A DNA stretch of 64,000 bases from the NCBI RefSeq assembly GCF_009914755.1, contig NC_060926.1, one strand, 5' to 3'. Shown one piece after another: positions 1 through 10,363 of the stretch; position 1 is the first letter of the stretch, and each line of letters begins with the position of its first letter. A model generated the notes under the pieces. The model saw only the letters and a list, made by a program, of their open reading frames with translations, ran no database searches and was not told where the DNA came from. The stretch is from the human T2T-CHM13v2.0 reference genome, Homo sapiens. The position numbers were made by a program, and so were the translations under genes.

Positions 1-139
1 GGGCAAATATTTTTAGCTTTGCAGGCCATATGGTCTTTATCTGGACTACTCAACTATAATGTGAAAGCGGTTGGAGGATAATATGCAAATGAGCATGGGT
101 GGCTGTTTGCCAGTAAAACTCTATAAATACAGGTGGAGG
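1..139. mobile_element. MER58-like hAT DNA transposon (left part; continues at about 1052-1098 after an L1 insertion)
   Basis: AAATATTTTTAGCTTTGCAGGCCATATGG...GGCTGTTTGCCAGTAAAACT resembles MER58; the remainder (CATAGTTTGCTGACCC) resumes at about 1080-1098. Confidence 0.6.
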
Positions 140-1050
140 ATAACAGATTAACATCCAGAATATATACAGAATTAAAACAGATTGAAAAACAAAGGACTTG
201 AACAGATATCTCTCCAAAGATGATTTACAAATGGCCAATGAAAAGGTATTCAAAATCACTACACATTAGGGAAACAGGAATCAAACATGCAATGAGATAC
301 TACCACATACCCATTAGGATAGCTGCTACAGGGAAGGGGGGCTCTATAACATAAACGTTGGTGAAGAGAATTGGAACCTCATGTACTTTTGGTGAATGTA
401 AAATGGTACAACCACTGTAAAAAAAAACAAAACAAAAAAAGAACAAACAAAAAACAGTATGGCAGTTCCTCAAAAAAATTAATAAATAAAACTGCTATAT
501 GATCCAGACTTTCTATTTCTAACAACACACCCAAAAGAACTGAAAGTAGGGTCTTCAAGAGGTATTTGTACACCCATGTTCATAGCAACAGCACTATTCA
601 CAATAACTAAAATGTGAACACAACCCAAGTATCCACTGATGGATGGATAAGCAAAATGTGATCTATACATACAATGGAATATTATTCAGCTATAAAAAGC
701 AATAAAGTACTGATATATACTACAACATGTATGACATTATGTGAAATAAGCCAGTCAAAAAAAGACAGACTTTGATCTCACTTGTAAGAGGTACCTAGAG
801 TAGTCAAAATCAGAGACAAAGTAGAATGGTGGTTTTCAGGGGCTGGAGAAAGTGGAATGGGGAAGTTATTGTTTAATGGGTATAGGGTTTCAGTTTTGCC
901 AGATGGAAGGAGTTATAATGATGGAAGGTGGTGATGGTTCAACAATATGAATGTGCTTAACACCACTGAACCATGCAGTTAAAAATGGCTAAGATGGTAA
1001 ATTTTATGCTATGCATATTTTACCACAATGGAGAAAAAGGGGGATAAAAA
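140..1050 (+). mobile_element. L1M (L1MB-like) 3' fragment: ORF2 end and 3' UTR
   Basis: Typical L1 motifs GACTTGAACAGATATCTCTCCAAAGATGAT, CATGTTCATAGCAACAGCACTATTCACAATAACTAAAA, AATGGAATATTATTCAGC, ending TATGCATATTTTACCACAAT. Confidence 0.85.
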
Positions 1051-1844
1051 AGCAGGTAGAGGGCTGTTTTGACTTTCAGGACATAGTTTGCTGACCCATA
1101 AGTTAGGCTGTTGCATTTTAAATTCTAAGCATAGACATAATGTTTTAAGCCAGTAACAAAGTACCATTTATACACTAACATCATGTTCATTTTATTCCTA
1201 CAGATACATATAATTTCTGTAGTGAAGTTCTTAAGATTAGAAGCCTATTTCCCAGTACCTAGAAAAATATGTTTTATATAAAGTAAGAGTTCAGGAGTTT
1301 TTGACTGATTAATTAAAAGTAGTTGTCTTAATAACATGAAGTTTGGCATTTATTATTATATTAACACATCTGGCGTTTCAGTACAAATATAAGGTCATAA
1401 TATTGTTATTCAATATCCTCTAACTCATGTAGAGGTAATTGATTTTGAAGGGCAAGTATAGCATTTTTAATAAATAATTTCATTTTTGTTATTCAGTAAT
1501 CAAAAATCCTACTTTTGAAATATTGTTATACATTTAATAGCTGCCTAATATCAAAAAATAAGTATAGACTTTGTCATATGATGAAAAAAACTGCCAGTTT
1601 ACTATGAGTTAAATTACATCATACCATACACAGGAATATGTTACACATTACTTTGAAGACATAAGCCAAATAATTAATCTCCTTTTAAATGCTAGACATT
1701 TTATATGCATTGAAATTTATAGTTTTTAAATATAAAATGTAAACATAATTTTAAAAAGAATCAAGATAATGCTTTTATAAGGCCACTTTAAATAAAAATC
1801 ATTTTTAGCCATTCAGTATAATCCATGGTAGCAAACATAGCACT

Positions 1845-1990
1845 ATGAAAAGCATAGGTTTGGAATCAGAGCTTGTTTCTAATACTCTTCCATTCCTTAG
1901 AGTTGTATGACCTTCAATGTGTTAATTAAGCTCTCTGATCCTCAGTTTCATTCATTGTAAAATGAAGTTAATATACTTATTCAAAAAGAA
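1845..1990 (+). mobile_element. MIR SINE fragment
   Basis: MIR core GTATGACCTT...CTCTCTGATCCTCAGTTTCATTCATTGTAAAATG. Confidence 0.65.
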
Positions 1991-2154
1991 GTAGCAAAAG
2001 CTTTAAAAATAATATTGCAAAGCAGCTACATGGAATCTTTCAAAAGGCAAAATAATGCTAAAGTTACAATCTTGAGTTCCCTATAAATGATTAGTAACAG
2101 CCTCTATTCTCTTTTTTGCATCAGCTCCATGTCAGCTATTGATATCTACTTAAT

Positions 2155-2317
2155 CAATGATTCTCAAATCTGGTCACACACTACAATCACCTGAGCAGCA
2201 TTTTAAAACTAGCCATCCCCTGGTCCCAGACCAAGAGAATTAAAATCAGAATGGGTGGGGGCATGAGAGCCCAAGAATTCGTGTGAAAGTATCCCAGATG
2301 ACTCCCATGTTGAAACC
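2155..2317. mobile_element. MER5-like DNA transposon
   Basis: GATTCTCAAA...AATCACCTG...AATCAGAAT...CCCAGATGACTC. Confidence 0.55.
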
Positions 2318-2785
2318 TCAGAGAAGTCACTCAACTTCAAGTATTCAAGAACTCAGTTCATACAATCAGTGAAACTTTAGAACCAATAACACTCCTCAAC
2401 AAAAGCTTAAGAAAGCAGCTGTTAAATCATTCTTTAATTTTTCGTATGCCTTCAATTAACTCCATAGCTCCAAAGCTGCAAAATGATAAAGAGAGCTTTT
2501 GTCCCCTCTGTACATTCCTGAAAATGTGCTTCAGAATCAAAATATTAAGATCCCTCAGAGCAAGGTCAATTAAGCTTTTGACATTTAAATTTCGAAGGAT
2601 TTTTTTTTTTAAAGCATATCTGGGCAAGTAAAGAACATAAGCACTAGTTCCAAAGATAAGCACCCAAGTTGATGTCAGCAATCATGTTGCTTTTTCTAAG
2701 TGATTAATGTCACTTTACTAAGTACTAATATAGAAAACTTAAATAAATTTACTAATTGGATATCCACGTTAGAGAAGGAAATTAC

Positions 2786-2856
2786 TTTTGACTATCGCTC
2801 TCTTCTCCAATGCAGCATTTCAATTTTCCAACCAGTGTCTCCAACATTTTTGCTCT
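2786..2856 (-). CDS. COBLL1: Candidate alternative COBLL1 exon (71 nt); ATG at 2847 gives MLETLVGKLKCCIGEESDSQ + AA, phase 2
   Basis: Minus strand: strong acceptor GTTTTTTTTTTGCAG|A at 2857/2856 and donor AAA|GTAATT at 2786/2785; open frame from ATG 2847 ends in the same phase (2) as the MDGR exon. Confidence 0.5.
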
Positions 2857-3257
2857 CTGCAAAAAAAAAACGCAAACCAACCTAGGATTTCCACTTCATA
2901 GAAACAAATATAAAAATGATTTATCATTTTTCATCTAGATCACTATGTAAGTTAAACCAGTCAACTTTCACATACATATGAAAACATATATACATGAATT
3001 AGATAGGAGTATATATGTATGTATATGTATAGTATACATAAAATATGTAATTATATATGAATGTACATATTACATTTGAATATATATAAAGTTGCATGCA
3101 ATCTTTTTTCTCGAAGGAAAACCGAAACTGTTGTGACTCAATGTCTTTTGATATCTAAACTCTTAACCTCATAACGAATTCCAAAAAGAAGCCCATAAGA
3201 TACAGAACAACAAATATAAAGTGGATACTTCTGCATGTTACTAAGAAAGTGATCTAA

Positions 3258-3380
3258 AGCCAGGCACAGTGGCTTGTGACTGTAGTCTCGGCCATGCAGG
3301 AGGCTGAGGTGGGAGGATCACTTGGGCCCAAGAGGTCAAGGTCAGCCTGGGCAACATAGCAAGACTCCAGCCTGTCTCAA
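3258..3380 (+). mobile_element. FLAM / Alu monomer
   Basis: Single Alu arm flanked by near-identical TSD AAGAAAGTGATCTAA / AAGAAAGGGATCTAA. Confidence 0.85.
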
Positions 3381-4668
3381 AAGAAAGGGATCTAATCTAG
3401 AATGGTAAGGGATTAAAGCAGTACAGTAGAGGCCAAAATGAAAGACATTCAAGATGACCACAGGATCAGACCCTTTTAAGGCAGGGACTTCACCAGCACA
3501 GACCCTACGGCAGCCACTATTTCTGCACACCATTGCTTCCACTGAAAAGAAAATGACACCCAACCCATATAATTCACAATGTCGTAGAATGCTAAATGCG
3601 AGTTAAATGTGTGAAGGCACCAAACAAACTTCAAACTATCCCTTTTGATGTTACAATTATTATTTAGAATGTTTCAAAGAAAAAGCAGCAGCTGAGAGGC
3701 CATAAAACAATTTTATTTTCCTAAAATACTCATTCCCTGAATGGGCTAATTTATCATAGAATTAATAAAAGTGAAGATAAGGATATCAACTACATTTTTC
3801 CTGAAATGTATTAAAATATTACAGAGTTAATGGTTAAATATAAGTTATCCGTTAAAATGTATAACGTCATGGTATGTTATATCATACCATGGTCAAGAAA
3901 AGATAAAAAGCAATTAACAAAATGAACTAGGCACTTGGAGTTTTTCTTCTGGTTTTACTACTAATTTGCTGGGACTTCAACACACTCAGTGTTTCTGAGC
4001 TTCAGATTCTCATTTATAAAATGTGGAGAACAAAACTTGGTGCTATGTTAAAATGACATGTTACAACAATGTAAAACTTGGAAAATTACAGAGGAATTCT
4101 TTCCAACAGTAATATCCAAGGATAAAGACTAAACTAGGCTTCATTGTCTATTAAAGTAATGAGTTATGATATAATTAGTCAGTTTTATAGCAAGAAATTT
4201 ATCTCCAAAACCTAACAATTATAACATATTAAGATTTCTGCCTGCCACTTCCCAAATACCCTTATCTAGATATTTTTCCCCCAGTTTAAACCTTTTATAA
4301 TTTGGGTTTTTGAGAGAGAAGAGAAGCAATACTGAATATTAAATATTCAACAAATCTTATATGACAGGCATTCGGAATATGCCAAAGGACAAGTTAGACA
4401 AGTGAAATAAGACAAATGAAGTAGAGAGGTAATTTTTTCATGTTGATATTTTTCAGGTAATGATAACTTCTCTGAGTAGAATAATGTAAGGCAAAATGAT
4501 AGAACTACTGTGTTATTTTAGATAAGGTGTTGACAGATTTTCCCTACTTAAATTTGAAAAGGGGACGGCAAAAGTCCTTTACAAATGCTTGACAAATTAG
4601 ATAAGGCTCTTTTGTACTTTCTTTTTAAGCAAAGAACTTATCAGTTTAACCTTTAAATTCTCAAAAGT

Positions 4669-4800
4669 GGCTGGGCGCACTGGCTCATACTGGTAAACCC
4701 AACACTTTGGGAAGCCAAGGTGAGAGGATTGCTTGAAGCCTGGGGTTTCGGATCAACTAGGCAACATAGCAAGACCTTGTCTCTACATTAAAATAAAATA
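4669..4800 (+). mobile_element. FLAM_C-like Alu left monomer
   Basis: GGCTGGGCGCACTGGCTCA...AACACTTTGGGAAGCCAAGG...GTCTCTAC plus A-rich tail. Confidence 0.8.
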
Positions 4801-6513
4801 TCAAGAGTAAAGTCTGAAGGTTCTTACTACAGTTATGCTTGCCAGCAAAAAGTGTTCTTCTGTTTCTTCAACACAGAGCCATCTGACCTCACCTATTTTA
4901 CTTAAAAGTCCCCAGTGACTTCTGAACACCCATGGGTGTATTTTGTGAAAGCAGGTATGTTTTTCTTTCTTTTTTGTTTTTTAAAGTACCTTAACCTAAT
5001 CCATTTCCAAATCCAATTTAATTCTATCTCATTTTGCAATCCCTGAATACATTTCGGTATCCTGACAGCTGTCTCATCGTCAATTCACATAATTTTGCAG
5101 CTCCACTTAGGAACCTTGCTTGTATGCTCAATATCTTTCTACCGATATATTTCTTTACTCATCCTAATGTGAGAATATATGTCAGGATATATGAAAATAT
5201 TTAAGCAATGAAAAACCTGGGGAAAGAAAAGAAATGAAAGTCAACAGTGGGAGTAATATTTGCAGAAAGGAGAAAGTTAATTTGAGCAAAATGAAATAAT
5301 TAATACACTACATGTTTCCTCTATGTAAAAATTATACTAAATATCTTTTAGATTAGTCATGTTGCTTTGAGACTTTTCCATGTTTCCTCTAGACAGCTGC
5401 CAATGTTCGCATGGTCTCTGATGAATAAACATGCTGTGACTTGCTTCTAAGGAAACGCCTGTCATGTTCCAGGGAAAAATGACTTCTACACTCTTAAATC
5501 AGGAAAACTGTACAAGTCTCATTCATTAGTGACAACGTCGATTTTTCCTTAACGTTTCTATTTCTGGAATGCTCGTATTCTCATTAGGGCATTTCTGCAT
5601 TCAGATTAACTAAGAAAATAAACTATGTTGGAGGAACACTTATGCTGGGGGGAAAAATCTTGTACTACATCAAACGAGTTTCCTACTTGAGAAACTCAAC
5701 TAGCATCCAGGTTACTCCTGAACTATTTACTAAGACCAAGGTTATTTTCAGGTTTTCTTCATCTCTTGCAGAACTACCTGTTCTCATTACTGTTTACTCA
5801 AACGCTTAACAAGGTAACTATTAGCATATCTGGCAGGAAGACATGCCTCATTTAATATTAACTCACCATGTGACAGCCCCCTTCCTCTCTTCTCAAACAT
5901 GTGAGGATAAAAAGAAAAGTAGAGTTGTTTGCAATCTGATTTGCGCTGGGTTTTGGAACCAGCAATTGGCCACAGGCACACACACCCCCAATCAGAGGCG
6001 CGCACCCCGCTCGCTCCCGGAACTGTCATGCGGGCTGACAGCTGGCACACCCTCCTGTCGCCCTCCACCCGCCTGCAGAAAGCCCACTCCCTACAGTCAC
6101 CTTGACATTGCTCACCTGCCTGGGCCTCAGCCCATGACCAAGGAAACTTTTGCCCTCCCTCCCCAGGAGCTCACTTACAGGTATCGTCCACCGCTCCCCC
6201 AGAGCCCAAACAAGGGTCCCTTTGTTACAATTTTTGCTCCCGGACTCCTCACCCAATTCCTGGCATTCAGCTGGCCTGTAGCAACCCAGGGCAGCCCCGG
6301 TAGGAAGGCAACCAAAAACGACCCGAGCCCTCCGCCCGGGCGGCCTCCGAGAAGGCCGGGAGGAAGCAGCCTCCCCGGCCGCGTGGAGGACAGTCAGTGA
6401 GTCAGGCCGCCGGCAGGGCAGCGAGTTGCCAGCCAGGTGAAACGGCCGAGGCCTCGCTGTCCTCGCCGGCCTCGCCCTCCCCGGTGAGAGGCGGCGCGGC
6501 GCTCTGGGCTTAC

Positions 6514-6604
6514 CTGGCTGGGGCGTCCTGCGGGCGCGGGGTTCGGCCGTCCATCGCCCTGCGGGGCGCTGCGCGGGCTCCAGCTCCCAGGCGGCGCGTC
6601 ACTG
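6514..6604 (-). CDS. COBLL1: COBLL1 exon containing the MDGRTPRPQDAPA(R) start (ATG at 6554; 41 coding nt). Its 50 upstream nt are UTR or code (A)VTRRLGAGARAAPRRA in the long isoform
   Basis: Revcomp reads GCGATGGACGGCCGAACCCCGCGCCCGCAGGACGCCCCAGCCAG|GTAAGC; acceptor CCCCAG|CAG at 6605/6604; peptide recognised as the cordon-bleu-like 1 N-terminus. Confidence 0.93.
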
Positions 6605-7067
6605 CTGGGGTGGGAGAGGCCGGCGGGTCAGGGCGGGACGCGCGCCTTCCCGAGGCCGGAGCGAAGCTGGCTGAGCGTCAAGAGCCCGCCCGAGCCGCTC
6701 CAGCCCCGGCCGGCCCGCCTCCCGGGTGCGCTTCCACCTGCGGGCCCCGGCTCCCAGCCCGCGGGCGCCGCCGCCGTCTCTACAAGGTCTAGCGGGCGCC
6801 CAGAGCACGGCGGAGGAGGCGGTGGCGCTGCAGCCCCCGCCCCGTGGGGTTTACTGGGTAGCCATTTGGCGCCTCTCGGAGGGAGAGGAGCCGCCGGGGC
6901 TGGAAAAGGAGGAGGAGCGGGGCCGGGCGCACGGGCACCGCTGCCACGCCGGCAGCGCACTCCCAGGCTCCTCCGGCCGAGTTTGCACAAACAAAACGCC
7001 CTAGGAAAACTTTTCCCGAAGAGAAGTTGGGAGGGCTGATCTCTCTTTTCCCACCCAAGGCTCCTAC

Positions 7068-7180
7068 GTTCTTTTCCAAAGGAGACAGTAGCTCGCCTGT
7101 TCTCCCTCGCGGCTTCCTCTCCTACTCTTCCCTTCCCCGGCCCGCGCTCTTGCCGCTCGGCTCTCAAGCCAGGACTTGAA
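7068..7180 (-). other. COBLL1: Probable non-coding first exon of COBLL1 (5' boundary uncertain)
   Basis: Donor AAC|GTAGGA at 7068/7067 on the minus strand, inside the CpG island, with no ATG in the segment; its spacing to the next exon fits my recollection of the gene model. Confidence 0.6.
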
Positions 7181-7314
7181 TGGAGAAGCGGCAACCCCTG
7201 CGAGGCTCAGCCCAGCGCGGGCAGGGCCGACTCAGCACCTCCCCTGTCCCGCGGGCGGGGTGCGGGCGCTGGCTGGGCGCTGGGGGCCTCGCTGGAGCCC
7301 GCTCTCTCACTCAC

Positions 7315-7378
7315 CCTGCCCCATTTCCCTGCCCGGAGTCCGGGAGCTCGCCGCCGCCTCTGCAGCACGGCCGCACAT
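7315..7378 (-). CDS. COBLL1: COBLL1 upstream alternative first exon, coding part MCGRAAEAAASSRTPGREMGQ + G
   Basis: ATG at 7378 and consensus donor AGG|GTGAGT at 7315/7314; splices in frame to 6604 giving ...EMGQAVTRRLGAGARAAPRRAMDGRT, matching the long COBLL1 N-terminus I recall. Confidence 0.88.
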
Positions 7379-8075
7379 AAGTGGGGACCAGCTCGGCGGC
7401 ATTGGAGCGAGGGAAGCAGCGAGCCGGAGAGAGGAACGGGGCGGGGGTGGGCCGGGAGCAAGTTGGAATTTCCTTCCCCCAGGGCTTCGGGTCTTTGGGG
7501 TCCGGCTGGGGAAGCTGAACCGAAAGAAAGCTCCCAGACGAGGTGTTCCCATTCCCACCGCTAGGGCTGCGCTTCGGGAAGGCTGGTGCGCCTGAACCGG
7601 ACAGGTGCGGGGGAAGGGAGGTTACCTGCCTTGCCAGGATCCGCGGGGAGGATTGGGGCCTCCGCGGAATGCGGTCAGAAACTCGCAGAGTGGGGCCTGC
7701 AGCTTGCCCCCCCTAGAGTCCGACCCTCGACGTCCAGGATCGTTTTTTTAAATTTGTGTTTTTAACTTGACCTTTAAGATTGCCATTCTTTTAAAAGCGC
7801 ACCTGTGACACAGATCTTTCTAATTGGTGGCAGGTTTAAGCTTGCCCTGTCTTCAGAGGCATTTTTTGTAAAAGCCTATAACAGCTCTGACATGAGAACT
7901 GGACAACAGTATGTCTAATGACAGTCTATAAACTAAGAATTAAGTAATAGATTGTATTCACTTATTGGAACTTTTACAAGGGTAAAGGAATCAGACACAG
8001 CTGTGTGCTTGTTTGTACGTTTTAGTATCCACGTGCATGCCCTTTAGATGATTCTTTACACCTGACAGACAGGTA

Positions 8076-8167
8076 CTAGGTTGGTGCAAAAGTAACTGCG
8101 GTTTTTGCCATTTTTTTTTTTTTTAAAAAGTAATGACAAAACCGCAATTACTTTTGCACCACCCTAA
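8076..8167. mobile_element. MADE1 (Hsmar1-derived MITE) with expanded T-rich spacer
   Basis: TAGGTTGGTGCAAAAGTAACTGCGGTTTTTGCCATT ... AATGACAAAACCGCAATTACTTTTGCACCACCCTAA; TA dinucleotides on both sides. Confidence 0.93.
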
Positions 8168-9002
8168 TATATTTACATATTTTATATTTTTCATAAGCGC
8201 CAATTGTTTTAAGATGCGCGCCATTCTGATGGGCCCAAAAATGTGTTTTCAGAAAACAACGTGACATTAAGAAATGAATTTAAAATTAGAGTTTTAAAAA
8301 CATATTTGGATTAAACTGATGGAGAGATCTTACAGGAAGGAACATCCTGCAGGGGACTTCTGTTGTAGCACTAACATCAAGTAATAAACCTGTGTTAGCC
8401 ACTGATAGAATAACATTTGGCAGGTATTACAATTAAATTGATATTAATGCTCCTTTAGTTGGTTATCCATTGCAGCAACAAAAAAAGATTGCTGAACTAA
8501 ATGCCTAGCAATGTGCCATTTGTCTACCACACGCAGGCATTGGTATTTATTTCTTTCAGTGCATAATGTCCTTTCAGTGCATCTTAAATATGAAAAGAAA
8601 AAAACACATGGCTCATTTGGATTACAATACTGGAACCATATTAGAAAAAGTTGCTTTTAGAGATTTTAACTAAGAGTAAAGCAATTTATTTAAATACCTC
8701 TGGGTTTTAGTCTTTAAACAATAACTCTGTTTAAACAATTTCATGAATCATTTATGCTTCTGAATACAGAGCTGTGCAAGCTTTTACAGTTGCTTGCACA
8801 GACAATGATGCAAATATTGAGTAACAGTGAAACTACTTGAAAGTCCATAACTTTCAATCACAAGACAAGATTAAATCTTTAATTAGTTTCAGCCTTAATT
8901 TATGACATACTAGTAATATTATGGACCCTAATACCAGTAAGATTAGGCTAATCTTAGTCATAAAACATTCATAACATTTCGTAACCACTGAAGGCATTTT
9001 CA

Positions 9003-9747
<745 letters not shown>

Positions 9748-10067
9748 TAAATCTTTTCACATAACAGGAGAAAACTGCTGTTTTCCAATCTTTCTAGTTA
9801 TGCAGAGCTGTTTCAAAATTGCCCACGTTTCCAAGATTGCGCTCAATTTCCCCGTTTGGGAATCTCCCCCTCATTTCACCACCCAGCCGATCATTTTAAG
9901 TGCCTAAGCATAGGTATTATCCCCTCAGGAATACTTCCCTCATTGCAGAAATAGAAGTAGCCCTTCCCTTTCTTGGCCCCCAGTAGGTTCTGTTAGGTAG
10001 GGCAAGGACCCATGACACTTTGTTTCAGTTATTCATTTACATAATGCAGAGTTGGAGGGGTTTATTC

Positions 10068-10363
<296 letters not shown>

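Larger units (their letters stand above)
5940..7745. promoter_or_regulatory. COBLL1: CpG island / COBLL1 promoter and first exons
   Basis: Abrupt switch to very high GC and dense CpG in an otherwise CpG-depleted window; GC boxes (GGGGCGGGG at 7438-7446), CCAAT at about 5988; overlaps the COBLL1 5' exons. Confidence 0.95.

Noticed and set aside
5787-7595. Many overlapping 66-188 aa ORFs in the CpG island
   Set aside because: Stop-codon scarcity in GC-rich DNA gives low-complexity Ala/Gly/Pro/Arg frames; only the spliced COBLL1 pieces have splice signals and recognisable sequence
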